Shown: one piece after another, positions 38,401 to 51,991 of the stretch
Numbering within the stretch: position 1 is the stretch's first letter
How the letters are laid out: the number at the start of each line of letters is the position of its first letter
NCBI GenBank assembly: GCA_037379345.1
Contig: CM074519.1
Span: 35,552,103 to 35,616,102 of the forward strand
Origin: Perna viridis
Lineage: Eukaryota
Length of the DNA stretch: 64,000 nt
Direction: 5' to 3'
Notes under the pieces: model-generated
Database searches by the model: none
The model's input: the letters and a program-made list of their open reading frames with translations, nothing else
What the model was told of the DNA's origin: nothing
Position numbers and translations under genes: made by a program

Positions 38401-41031
38401 CAAATACTTCAGCAACAGACGAAGGTGCCAGCGAAACAATTCAAAAAGGGCATGTAAAAGCTAACAAAAACAATTCTTTAACTGGACAAGATAGTGTTCA
38501 GACAAGTCCTGATTTGACAGTCGGTAGAAAGACAGCACTAAATAGTCAAGATAATCCTACCGGACACCTTGTTACACCAATAAAAGATACCGTTGTTTTA
38601 GAAGACACTCAACATAAAACTACAGATTCAGTTGTTACAAAAGAAGAACAACCTACAGTTGTGCTCGGTAATGAAATCGCACCACAAAATAAACAGGCCA
38701 CAGAAGAACAAAATGTTATTCAACCAGTCGAGGAAATTTCAAATCATTACACAAATGAAGGCAAAATTAAAGAAGAAAAATCACAAAATGTTATTACTGA
38801 AGTAGCACAGGAAACGGTTAAAGAAAAGCCTGAGATTACCGTCGTAAAAGGCGAAACACAAATCGTTACTGACACAGTTAGTGGCAAAGAAACTACAGAA
38901 GCAGTAATTGCCAGAAGTGAACAACGAACAGACATTCCGAATATTGGCGTGCCGGTCTTTTTTGATATAGGAATGGTTGAACAAATACAAGGGAATGGAA
39001 AAGGCATAAGCACTGGTACCACACAAACCAACGAAATCAAGTCAGATGTTAGATTCGATGAAACAACTGTTACAGACCAAGTGAAATCAAGTACTGATAC
39101 AACAGCAAATACAGACGCTTTGGTACAGAGTGAAACCGTACAGGTAGTTCCCACGCAGTCTCCCAAAACAGCACAAACATATGCAAAACCACTCATTTCC
39201 GCAGAATCAGGATTCGATACACGAATTGAAAATGACAAACAAACAGGTGTCGATATGAGTTTGACTCAAGCAAAACCCGATGCACATGTTGTTGATGCAG
39301 CTCAATATGAAGTTAAAAAAGATAAACAAGTTATAATCGACACCCAAACAGGGATAGAAACGCTTAAAAATGATGAAGCTCAACCAAAAACTGATCCCCG
39401 TGTTCAAACAGAAATCTCTCAGGGTGGAGATGCAATTCAAACATTAGTTGATATGCACGTCGTTAAACCAGTTCAAACCGTTGATGATACGCTTGTTGGA
39501 GATGCATCTTTAACCGTTGTTGATAAACCAGTTGTTGGTCCACTTAATACAGAAGAAAATACACAAGTTATAGATGCAGCAAAAACAGTAGTTGGTACGC
39601 ATGTTGGAGATGCAGGTCAAACATTTGTTGATTCACAAATTGTTGAACCAATTCAAACAGTGGCTGATACTCAGGTTGGTGATTCAGTTCAAGCGGTAAT
39701 TGATACCACAAATATCCATTCAGCTGAACCAGCAGTTGATAAGCAGCTTACCGATGCATCTCAAACAGGAATAGATACCACAATTTTAGATGCAGCTCAA
39801 ACAGGAGTTGATACTCAAGTTGGAGATGCAGATCAAACATTTGTTGACACACAAGTTGTTGAACAAGTTCAAACAGTAGCTGACACTCAGGTTGGGGATG
39901 CAGTTCAAGCAATAGTTGACACCACAACTGTCCGTGCAACTGATCAGCAAGTTGATAAGCAGCTCACTGATGCAGCTCAAACAGGAATTGATACCAAAGT
40001 TTTAGATACAGCTCAATCGGTAGGAGATACACAAGTCAGAAATGCAACTCAAACGGTCATTGATATGAACGTTTTTGATCAAACTAAATCAGGAGCTGGA
40101 CAAGTCTCCAAATTAGTTGATACGCAAATTGGCGATGCGGACAAATTAGTATTTGATAAGCATATTTTAGAAGAAGCACAAAAAATAGTCGACATTCAAA
40201 CGGGAGTTAACTCACAGTTCGTTAATGAAGCATTAGCTGCATTTAATTCGCAATATATAAAAGAGGCTTCTCAAAATGAATCAGACACAGCAATTCCTCC
40301 TGAAGAATCATTACCTGATCCAGTACGAATTGCATCTGAAATCGTACCCGAACAAGTACAAACTGTACAAGAAAAAGTGCCTGATCCAGTACAAACTGTG
40401 CCAGAATTTGTTATTGGTCCAGTTCAAACTGCTCAAGAAACAGTACTTGATCCGGTACAAATTGTACCGGAAGTCGTTCCCGACCAAACACAAAAAGTTA
40501 CAGCAATAGCCCTTGACCCCAACCAAGACTTGATCCATGGTTCATTTGTGCCACAGGCTGATAATACGCATATTAAAGCTGAAATGGTAGTAGAGGGGGC
40601 AGTTCTAGACAACGCCGTCCCTGGAGAATCTGTTACATATACCGATCCAAAACCGGTTGTTACGGGAGACAAACAACATGTTTCTGTGATAGATTCAAAG
40701 AATCTACCAGAAAAAGAGAGTGCAAATCCTTTAAAACCACAAACGACCCATTTACTCGAAAATGTTTTGACTGGAAAACCGATCAATGATAAACAGATAG
40801 TATCTACTATTCAACAACCCAAACAAGTTGCTGATACTGCTGGAAATGATGTAACAACGGGTGATCTGAAGGCAGAGTTCCAAGATCTTGGAATTACACC
40901 ATCTAAGAAAGAAACAGGAAACAATTTACTGAGTCGGGAAGCAGACCATATTGGAAATCTGGATCAGGACCCAATTCAAGATGTTACAGAAACAATTCAG
41001 CAGACAGAAACATCAGGCCTTGCATTGGAAT
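35451..41031 (+). CDS. Gene B giant exon: signal peptide + ~1840-aa acidic repeat region
   Basis: Acceptor ends at 35432; MRTECKVILVSFIISTVHA|QGW; ends TTGGAAT|GTAAGT (phase 1). Confidence 0.9.
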
Positions 41032-44000
41032 GTAAGTCATTACACTGAACATAGGTAATGATTAAGTAAATAACAAACTCTATTGAATGTTAGAACTGAA
41101 ACTGATAAAGTAAAAAGGACACTGTTGTTGGTCTAAACATAAATAAAGTCACGTCAACACACCAGAGATAGCAAGTATGTTGCATTGTTTAAGGGTTCAG
41201 GTACATTTTTAAATGGAAAACAATGCATATTTGTCATTGTTTGTTTAACTTAAGAAATGAAGTTATCACACAAATTAAAATATCTTAACGATTATATTCA
41301 AAATTATACGAATATTTTGTTCTTACATACTAAGTATAGTATGCATCAGTACAGGTCTTCATTGTATGAGAGTACACTCTGACAATATACTATTTGTTTA
41401 CAAAGTACATGTTCAATAATTGCAGCTTTGTGTGAGCATAGTTCGTTCATCGATAGTATTGGTTATGCAGAATATCCTGGTCGCTGTGACAAATTAGTTC
41501 AGTGTTATAACTATAGAGGGCGTGATATTGCTGTTCTGAGAGACTGTCCCTACGGGTATTTCTGGCATCAAGAACAAGTCTTATGTCGGCCACCAGCTGA
41601 AGTTCCTTGTTATGATGGTAGTTGAAGTTTTTTTTATTTTAAATTTTACACATTTTTTTGTAATCCTTTCCTCATGTTCTTTTCAATTTTAGACAGAACT
41701 ACTTATCATTACACGCCTAGGAATAGCTAAAAACACAATCACATACATGAGCTTATAATTAAAATAGAGAACAAAGTTACATTACATTCATTTTATTATG
41801 ATTTATTTAGATCCTTGTCTCGACATTGACATTGTCCAATACAACAGATCTGGTGGGTGTCGATCGTATTACGCATGCGAATACGGAATTTCTATCCCAC
41901 AATGCTGCGATAAGGGTTTCCGGTTTAATGGAAGACGATGCATTCCAGATGCCACATGCTATGACCCATGTTCAACCCCCTTCGACATAGAGCAACAAAT
42001 GAGATACCAACGTAAGTATATTCTACGCATAGTGGTTTTGAGCAACCAGTATAAGTACTACTTGCATGTTTGTCGAAATTTATTTTTATTCGCATAAACC
42101 CTGAATCTTCAAGAAAAAGTGTCGACTCAATTATGTACTGAGTTGTTTACTCTCAATATACACAATATTCCTGACATGTAATAAACCATACTGAGGATAC
42201 CTTCCTAATTTTTGTTTTAATTAATTTATTATGATCGATATATCCGTGCTTTTTTTGTCACTTTCGTTTGGAAGGAAATAGCTTCGAATGGTGCTAATTC
42301 ACTTAATGTTCGGTTAAGTCTACCATTGTAAAGATACTCTTTGGTATCATACAGCTTGTAAGTTCCTACCCGATGAGTATAACCCATATGGTTACATCAC
42401 CATGGAACACAATGGACTCCGCATCAGAGCATGTCCCAGTGGAACTGTCTTTAATGCCCGAGATTGTGGTTGTCGTTCGATTGGAAAAGGATCACCGAAG
42501 TACCGACAGAGCCGACGACGAATGAGACGTAAGATAATTAAATAAATTGAAGTTACTATCCATATGAAGTAAACAGTCATAAAAGGTTGATACAAAGAGT
42601 AATCAAGGAAATCACGATTCTAGCGGAAATCAAAAAAATGTAATTCAGGGACAAAGACCAGACATGGGAAACACACACAATAAAGTACATAAGATAACCA
42701 AAACAATACATACAAAGTAATAATAGAAAATGAGAAAGTGGGACTCCACTAAGAACTGGGAACATGGACCAGGTGCACTGATAGAGTAAGCGTCCTCTGA
42801 TTTTTCTAGAAACACCCACCGAGTTGTTCACAAAAAGTTAAGTTCAAGGGTAGACGAACAAGGAAAGGAAAACTAATACTCGTTGAACAAAAGCAGTTTT
42901 CATGGTGCAGATGGATATACTGTAACGATGCACGAGTTTATGATGACGACCATAAAACTTCTGTAGTGATGACTTCAATCTTGTCTTAACATAACCCTCT
43001 TCCAGAAGCCTTATTGTAAGAAGTCTAGCGCGATACAAAAAGAATGTGTAATTACTTTGTAATTCTTTTATATTCAAACATTTTTATTCAAATTTTAGTT
43101 ATATCTTAAACATGAAGGAACATATTTTCCATCCACATAATTGATATCCCAAAAAACAGTAATGTCTTTTTTCAAGTTTCTATTTGTTCAATTACCCTTA
43201 TTCATTGATATTTTTTCTATTAGAATGTAAACCGCAGTTTGCAATGGACTTCGACCAAGGCTTTAAAGAAGATTCAGGATCAAATATGGCATTTGACGTC
43301 AACAATGTCGTCATAACAAACAGAGCTGCACAGTTTGACGGGAAGGGTAAAATCACACTTTGGGGATTTATGAACAGAGAACTTGGTACCAGATTTGCTA
43401 TAAGATTACGATTTAAGCCAGACCCTACCTCAACTGACAGAGGCAGTCTGATATCCAACTGTGGGATGACAGGTTCCCCTACAGTATCAATAGACCTACA
43501 AAAGCATATGTTGGTATCATCTGCCAAAAGTAAAAGTTTCACCGAGCCAACAAAAATCAAAGATCATTTTGACGTAAGTATTCCAATATTTTGCATGTGC
43601 TTTGTATTCAATGTAATGATGACCTTTAATATAAAGAGAAAGTACATTTTTTTTAAAATGAAGAAATGACGTACATAAAAAATTATTGCCATGTTATCTG
43701 GAAGCCCTTGTATCGTATCATCATCTGAGTTTAAAACATAAAAAATGAAAAATAGTGTTACACTTTTGTACGCTTGTCAATCTGATATGCTAACGAATTA
43801 TTCATTTTCTTTATTCCAGCCATATTCTTGGAATGACATAACTTATGTTTACGACGGTAGAAATTTTATGGTTCTAACGAATGGATATAAACAAAGAAAA
43901 CCACTTGGAGGTAATGTTATATGATTAATTTTAAAAGAGAAATTATTTACATAATCGTGTTTTCTATGTCTAATACTCTGTCCATGTACAAATCAAGCGG

Positions 44001-44999
44001 GTCCTATGATATAGGTAGCAAATGGTAAAAAAAATATCCAACTGAATTGTTTGTTCCAATGTATATATCATATGTATGTCAAATAGTTTAAAGTTTGTTT
44101 TAAATCGACAAAGTATGGCTCAGATATTAAATTAAAAATCCCCTAACAATCCCTAACAATCGTGCAACCAAATTTTGCTCAAATGAAAAAAATATTTTCC
44201 CTTTCTCAATGAATTTCAATGTTTTCTATGTAATTTATCTCTCTTTAATCGTTAAAGTTTATGAAATACCAACTTCCATGATATAAAATGGGTGAATTTT
44301 TTTTGTTATAAAAAATTGTCATGTGCCACCCACTGCCTGGTTTTTGCATGGGCTTCCTCTTAATATCTTTGGGACAGCTTTTGCACTTTTAAAGTGAGGC
44401 ATGGTCTTTTATATAAGAATTCTACTGTTTTGCATTTTTATATTCATTTATTTTTAATAAAATTGTTGAACTACTTCCCTAACTTCTAAGTAAGCTTTTA
44501 GTCTCACATTTGTACAGGTTTACTAGAGACCAGGTCTAACGCCATAGTCATTGGTGGATGTCCCAGACCCGGAAAGGGATACAAAGGTTTGATTGATAGT
44601 GTAAGTATTTTTTTTAATTTGGTTCGATTGAACCACATATAAATACTCTGATGGAAAAAATTGTCATCATGCAAAAAAGCAATGACCGAATAGAACTACA
44701 TTATTCCAAGCAAAATCTGTAATTTTAAAACAATAGAAAAGTAACATTTATTATAGTGTATCGTGTACTTAATAAACATTGCACAGAAAATATACGAAAC
44801 AATACAAAAATACAGAACACATAAATATATACATAATCAACACTTCGTTATCACAAAACAAACTGATTCGCCCAACACTTTGTGATCGTTCGCTTCAAGC
44901 AAGTGTTTCTGATAAATTTCCATTTTTTTTTAATTTTAGGTTGAAATATATAGTGGCTGTATTCCAAGAGACATTTTGAAAAAACGGAACCGTCGGTGA
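35451..44999 (+). CDS. Pif/BMSP-family-like secreted protein B (2243 aa): signal peptide + acidic V/Q/T/D-rich tandem-repeat region + 3 chitin-binding-like domains + LamG/ConA-like domain; no VWA
   Basis: join(35451-41031,41426-41617,41811-42011,42355-42528,43224-43573,43820-43910,44518-44600,44940-44999) = 6732 nt; all GT-AG; open to TGA. Confidence 0.88.
37113..38232 (+). repeat. Coding 39-nt (13-aa) tandem repeat, ~29 units, consensus QEQTQAVVDSVVG
   Basis: Read directly from the translation. Confidence 0.92.
41426..41617 (+). CDS. Gene B exon: chitin-binding domain 1
   Basis: SLCEHSSFIDSIGYAEYPGRCDKLVQCY..CPYGYFWHQEQVLC..VPCYD; 192 nt. Confidence 0.9.
41811..42011 (+). CDS. Gene B exon: chitin-binding domain 2
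   Basis: DPCLDID..GCRSYYACEYGISIPQCCDKGFRFNGRRCIPDATCYDPC; 201 nt. Confidence 0.9.
42355..42528 (+). CDS. Gene B exon: chitin-binding-like domain 3 + basic linker
   Basis: PCKFLPDEYNPYGYITMEHNGLRIRACPSGTVFNARDCGCRSIGKGSPKYRQSRRRMR; 174 nt. Confidence 0.88.
42596..43037 (-). mobile_element. Penelope-like 3' fragment in gene B intron
   Basis: YRARLLTIRLLEEGYVKTRLKSSLQKFYGRHH plus the shared tail. Confidence 0.8.
43224..43573 (+). CDS. Gene B exon: LamG part 1
   Basis: CKPQFAMDFDQGFKEDSGSN..AQFDGKGKITLW..LISNCG; 350 nt. Confidence 0.88.
43820..43910 (+). CDS. Gene B exon: LamG part 2
   Basis: PYSWNDITYVYDGRNFMVLTNG; 91 nt. Confidence 0.85.
44518..44600 (+). CDS. Gene B exon: LamG part 3
   Basis: GLLETRSNAIVIGGCPRPGKGYKGLIDS; 83 nt. 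Confidence 0.85.
44940..44999 (+). CDS. Gene B last coding exon
   Basis: VEIYSGCIPRDILKKRNRR*. Confidence 0.82.
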   Translation, partial: VEIYSGCIPRDILKKRNRR

Positions 45000-47900
45000 A
45001 ATCCTCTCTCATACCTTATTGGCATGATACAACTCAATATGCGCAGGTCGCATGTTTAAACGTCATATCCTGTTGAACCATTTACCCATTAGTTAGTTTT
45101 CGTGTCGGTTTCGGGACTGGTTCCGATATGTAGAGAATTGTCTGCGATAATCTAGAATGTAGTGCTATATGTTTGAATTGAAATTTATTACAGGTAAATC
45201 ATCGATTCGTCTGTGGTCACAAACATAGTGTCATTCTACAAAATATCACTTTTGTCACCATTGTTTTGTATGATTGCTTTTTTTATATTTATTTGTTTAC
45301 TGTTTCCTTCTTATTTTATTCTATTGTATTGTTTATGTATAAATAATATTATAAGCATTGCACCAAGAATATGCAAATTCTCTGCCTGAGTTTCTCATTT
45401 CCAGATAGCATTATTTGCTTTGAGAGTACAAAGCCCGGATGTCATGAAGTGATTCAATTACGTTTTAGGACGGCTTTTATGCGTCATAATATGTACTTAA
45501 CGTTGCATCTATGACGTGTGTAAAGGCAAAAATTACACAAATAGTGTTTCGACTTTTCTAATTAAATAACGCGTAATGTTGAAACATGACAGAGTATTTT
45601 ATGTATGTTGAGTTATTGTTATTTCTATTTTGTTGAAATGTTTATTCATTAATCATGTAAATCATTTTATGCAAATATACCATATTACATGCCATATAAC
45701 AGTAGTTTTTGTCTTCAAAACGCTTCAACAGGTCACGATCATGTATCTTCTGGTTCTTGTAATTAAAATTCTGACTACAATCTCTTAATGAGCACGACAA
45801 TACAAAAACTAATATTTTAGTGGTGTGTAATTAAATTGAAAGTGTGTCTATAAATTTGTACCCTTGTCAGAGTAATAAATAAAAGACAAATTTATCACGA
45901 CATCAGACACAGTAACGTGTCATTTTAACACGTTATGATATGTGCATATACCATATATGATTGGTGTCGCTTCTATAAATAACCTTTTCGACAACATGAT
46001 GGAGGCAGTGTAAATTAGAGCAACCGAATTGTAAGTAGCTGTCCACAAGATAATAATACATAAGAGATTTAGTAGTCCTTTTTATGTGTAGTGAAGAATG
46101 AATCAAAGTATAGAAATATATCAATAGTTAATTTCTAACTCAGAAAAAGTCATTGGAATACACTGAAATCTGATTTCACCAAATCACTGTCTTATACATA
46201 TCCACCTTATGTCATACGAAATATGCCTAAAAATTAACTTCAATTGACACGAAACATTATCTTATTCCAATGTACAATTAATTGTCTACTATCTCTAATA
46301 TTTCGTATGTTGACAAGTTCTACAAAAATCAGTTTTACTCTTTTTCTTTTTAATTTCTAATTTATTCTTTCTTCATGTATCGCTATATTAATTTTGTAAT
46401 ACTTGACTTAAAAGAAAGGAATAGTGCATTATGAGGCAGTTTTTGAACTGGAATTATTTCATGATTCCAATTTTATATTTGTCAATCTTCCAAAGTAAAC
46501 GCATTTGTGTGAACAACAAATAATCTTAACAATCTAAATAATAAACTCCAATAATTCAATGAAAATAATTTTGTCAAAATATCGAAAAGAATAAAGTGAT
46601 TTCGAACAATAGCACATTGACTTAAGAGTTCTGTTTTACATGCAAGTGCTGACATTTTTCCATTTTTCATTGATAGCTATAACTAATGTTTAAACATATA
46701 CACAGATATGGGAGTAAATAAGAAAGTGAGAAACCTCTTCAACTCAAATCATCATTGTATAGAGCCGGTGTACATTCCGTAGAACTGGATTATTAGAAAA
46801 GTAATTTTGATATTTTTACGAGTACTCCCATTGTTGACGTCACAAAAGTGTCCACAAATAAAACACAAGTTTAAAACCATGCTTTCGCGGTTGAAAAATT
46901 TACTCTTGAAAGAGTTCTTTCCATATACATTTTCGGCAAATGCTACCTTCAAACCGACATTTCAGTTAATGCACAACCATTTTTTCAAAAAAAACTAATA
47001 GGACAATGATTCCAAAAAGTCACAATTTTAGAAGTTCTGTAGTCGTCACTATGAATGGCTGTGGGCCTCATGCTATTCGTTTTTCGTGTCTTTTTAAGTT
47101 ATTTTATGTTATTCGATTTTTTCTTCGTATGTTGTGTTTTCGGTGTTCCCCTGGATGTCTTGTCCAAGGAATCTTCTCGTTTGTAGTTTTATTATTGCTA
47201 CTCTTTACTTTTGTTTCTCTGCGCGTGTTAAGTTTTGGTTAATTCATGTTTTTTGTCGTATTAGTATGTGTCTACTTTCCATCTCTAGTTTATATTCTTT
47301 TAATTTTCACACGAATCTTGGTTCCTTTGTTATTAATCTTATTAGGACATGAGGGTGAAATTTGCATTTGTTACACATTTATTTTTTTTATTATTGTAAC
47401 AAATATTACTAAAATACATTAATATATATTTTTATTTTATCAGAAAAATCATTGTTAATCTTATTAAGGATTGTTCATACATTAAATAAAAATATGAAAT
47501 TATTTGACACATAACTATGTATAACGGGTCAGGTGCGTAATCAAAAAAGTATCTTTAATAAATGTTCACACAGATTATGCATCTAACGATGAAAGTCCTT
47601 TGTTTGAAAACATTTCAGTAAATACACTTTACAAAAAATAAATAAAATATTAGTTTATCTTAATAATTCGCAGTGGGGTTCAATAGATGATCCGAGTAAG
47701 AAAATACACAAAGTTCCATTTTGAAGTCAGACATTTTAAGGACTAGGTGCGAGCAGGGCCATATTTGGAAGTTAAAAGTAAATGACTGAAATATTATATG
47801 CACTGTTATATTGGTGATTTTTTTTAATGTTCAAAATTTCATCAACCTTTCGTTTCATGGAAGCAGAAAAACTGCAAAAACAACAAATTTGGGGAAATTG

Positions 47901-49204
47901 CAAATGCTCCATGCTACTTTTATTATTTAGATCTTCGCTAAAGTGACTCCGAGATATCTTGGCTGGTGTTTACTTCTATCAAAGTTGCATTTAGAAATCA
48001 CAAGTAATAATTTTACTCATGATGTCGGAGACACTCAAAAATGAAAAAAAAAAGTTCCACAAAGTGAAATTTTCGGTATGTATTTGAAAGCAAATTCGCA
48101 GAATGACCAAATTTAGGGCACCATATTTTCAATCATTCAAATATGATATTCTAATAAATGTGGTTGAACATGCTAAATCATTAGTTTAACATTCTAAAAA
48201 ACATAAAAATACTTCACATCAAATATTGGGCTTAACATGGACCTTATCGTACTTTGATATGAAGGCAAAATCTAGGAAATCTCGTTTTAAAGTTTTCTTT
48301 TCATTAGCCTTTTGGATGTTTTACTTTGTTTAATAAAATAATAAATGCGGAAGTCAGGAAAGGCTATTTTAACAGAATAATGAATGAACACTTACATTTC
48401 AAAATGTCTAACTACTATTGAGACTTGAAGAACAAACATAAAAGAAGTTATGAACAATATAGACGACAAGTAGAATACAGAGCTTGCAATATAAATTTAT
48501 CAAGAGGGGATGCTCCTTATAATATCAAGTACCGGTATATGATAATGCCATTTTGTAATGGTAGTTCAGTTTCATTTTATTTTTGGTTCATTTTTGTTCT
48601 TAAGCCGTGATATGTTCAGCCATGTTACACCAAATAAAGAGTGAAGGGTAAAGTACAATTTAATGATAAAGAATGAAGCAAAATAGACATTAGGATAAAT
48701 ACTATCAGCTTAATTATGGCAAAAATTTTGAATTTCAATAATACAAACATAGAAAATTGAGAAAATCAAAAGCATGTTAAACAGTTTTTAACAACGTTCA
48801 TCAACTTGTTATCCGTACATATCAACGTATTTCTTGTTAAGTTTTTGGTTCAAGGGAATTAACTATGATATTAATATTGCAATTTACGTCCAGGTAGAAA
48901 TTTTATATTAAAAAGTAAATAATGCTAAAGAAACTCTGTTTCTATTTTGCGTGTACCATTAATCTGTCTATTGAGTTTCGATCTCCTCGCCCTACTTTGT
49001 TTTACTCGTATTTTGGTCAATGTAAATTGAAAGACATTCGATAGCAGAGAAGTATTTTGTAAACTATCTTCCGAACAAAAAGTAACAATAAGAAGACAAA
49101 TTTACACAGAATGAAATAGTACATTATAGAGAATTTTTGCAACAGACAAAGAAATTATGATGAAATATTTTCAAAACCTGCTAAACCTCGTTATACATTT
49201 CATT

Positions 49205-49350
49205 AAGAGTAATCAGGGAAGCAATATTCTAGAGGATATAAAAAAATGTAATCCGGGGACAAATACCAGACTAGGAAAACAGGCAAAACCAACAAAGAAC
49301 GTAAAAAACCAAAATAATGCGTACAAAGCAACAAAGGTAAATGAGCAAGG
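49205..49350 (-). mobile_element. Short diverged Penelope-like 3' tail
   Basis: AAGAGTAATCAGGGA..AATGTAATCCGGGGACAAATACCAGAC..AAATGAGCAA matches the tail of the other copies. Confidence 0.6.
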
Positions 49351-50296
49351 TACGTTAGGGTTATTTTAACCTTTCTTAAAATTATGGAATTAAAGGTTGA
49401 ATAAAGAATTTTTTTCATCAAACATTGTATCAATATATATTAGATTTATTTTTATTTTTTATTAATATTATTTTTTTTTTTTTTTTCGTTTCGGTCTAGT
49501 TTTATGTTTAAGTACAATCGTATTTGGTTTAGGATGACTATAATTGATTGACGTAATGCCGACGTTTTATACGACGATTCGTAACCCAATGCCACTTCCA
49601 CTTAACTGATGGCACCATCCAGATCTTCCGTGACACCTTTATCAATCATTTTTCCTTCGGTTTATCTGCAAAGGTTTAAAACCACTCTTTGTTCAAATAC
49701 TTAAGATGGTATTTTCTGTCTCCAAACAAAAAAAAACAATTGGGAAACTTATAAAATAAAATTGCATATTTAAGAAGTTTCTATATGTCTTTTTTGATAT
49801 ATGTCCAGATTTTCCGCATTAGTTTCGAAATATTTTTTTTTGAATTTGCTCTTTTGTTTGTTTGTATTTTTGTTTGTAGTATTTTGTAACGTTCTTTTTT
49901 TTCTGTGTGTTTTGATGTTTCACTGAAAATGCGCTATGGTCAATCCTTTTACACGCTACTGAAACACCAATAATGAAAATAAAATCCTTATAATTACATT
50001 TAACATGTTTCTCATATTGTATTCCTTCAGTACAAAGCGTCTGTAATGACGAAACCCGTTTCGGTTGTTTATATTCTATTTTAAGAAATGCAATACATTG
50101 CGGACGTTCCCTATATGATAAGCTAGAAATGGGATGCATCGACTCATAAATGTGCTTATTATGTCATAGAACGTTTCAAATTCCGAACTGAACAAACTGC
50201 AGTCATTTCCAGGAGTAAATATTCAGACATAATTCAATATCTAGATTATTTCAAAACAATACGACAGGTTTTTAATCTCTTTAATTACATTCGGTC

Positions 50297-51073
50297 TTTA
50301 TACGACCAAAAACATTGCGGCCGCAGTGTTATTGCACAGTCGTCATCGCCGTCTCCGTCTAGAGACACTTCGTTTCTGTGCGATAACTTTAGTCGTGGTT
50401 GACCGATTTATCTAAACTTTTGATATGATCTGATATGATATTACCACTAACGGAAGGTTTCAGTGTAATTTGGACTTTGTAGTCCCCACCGTTTTAGAAG
50501 AAGGGGCAAAAAAGTGTAAAAATATGTTTTATTCAAACCCATATGGATTGTTTGCTTTTTCTGATTTTAATTATTCGTTTTTACTTTGTTCCTTATTCAA
50601 TTATGGTAAAAAATGTATCAGCAGATTTTATGTGTTTTAGGCCAAAGTTGGGCAACGCCCAATAAATCAACATTTTTATTTTTGGTCTGATTTCGAAAAT
50701 TCTTTGTTTTTTATTGGATTCCTCATTAAAATCCCTTCCTACGTTTTACAATCAAATTTCATGTATCCCTTACAGTTTCCGATTTATAAGGGGTCAAAAG
50801 GGTCACGTCTCAAAAAATACTTTTTTGTACTTTTAGTCTGATTTTGAAAAAAAAATTTAATCAAAATTTTGTGCTACATGTATATAGTGTCCAAACCATT
50901 TGATGAGTCCATATCAAATTGTAAGTCCTTCCGCTTAAGTGTGTCAAAAACTAATATTGAGCCTAGAGTTGCCCGAACAGGTCATGGTTTGACCACAGCA
51001 GCCGTATCATGTCGCGCTCGATGAAGCTTTGTGTGTGTGTGTGTGCGTGTGTGTGTGCGTGCGTGCGTGCGTG
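50297..51073. mobile_element. Possible Helentron-associated (HINE/pearl-like) non-autonomous element ending near a (GT)n/(GCGT)n microsatellite
   Basis: Starts TTTATACGACC..GCGGCCG..GTCGTC..GATAACTTTAGT, a layout recalled for bivalve HINE-like repeats; microsatellite 51030-51073. Confidence 0.35.
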
Positions 51074-51991
51074 TTTTCCAAATTGATGAAATCCAAAGTA
51101 TAAGTTAACACAATAGTTTCTGAATGTGCGGTAACTTGAAACATATGGTTTAGTGTTAAAATTCTAGCAAGTATGGAAGTATACAATTTTGACTTTTAGG
51201 CATTAAATTGAGACATCAGATTTGACGTTGCGTATATATATCAATGTAACAAAAAGGAGAAAGTGCCAAAACGCTCTTGAAATAACCATCACAAATTCAG
51301 AATAACTGAGACTTATTTTGACCAGTCATTACATAAAACAAAAAACTGTCATGGCAATTATCCGGTTACACGACGTATGCTCATCAGCAAAACCATTTTT
51401 CCCACAGTCTTGTATATTTTGGTGCATAAATATGCTTAAATGTTTTTTTTTTCTGTTTCACTTAGTTAAATGTCGATATGAATGTTGACATATACAACAA
51501 CTAATATGTACCGAAGTTACCATGGGAAACTAAAAATGCATTTTTGCATTACTTGTTCTATATTAAAGTTTTAATTAAATGACAGGTCTCTTTACAGAAT
51601 TAATATGATTCGCAATAAGGAACTATTTTTCCTTTACTTTTTTAATCAGTTTTTTTTTCCAAAACAAATGCTATAATGGTTATGTAACCAAAGAGAGATA
51701 TATACAATCGACTACAGTTCTTTAGACACGTTATAAAATAATCATTTTTAAATACAAACATCTATTTATTTTCAATCAGATATAGAAAATGTTTTGTATT
51801 TTGTCTATCAAATGCAGCTATACCAAATAAATAAGATCGCAGTATATGTATGTGTTTGGTACAATTTCATAAACAATCACCAAACACCTTCAATTTTATT
51901 TTCCCTTGCCGCTATTGCATACTCTGTAGACTTTTAAATGACAAGATTATTATTTTAGTTTGATGAAGACAAAACTATTATATAATATTAA

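Noticed and set aside
49540-49670. GC-richer island after a minus-strand TTTGCAG, a possible stray exon
   Set aside because: Stops occur early in the frames following the acceptor; no donor or homology to cluster exons.
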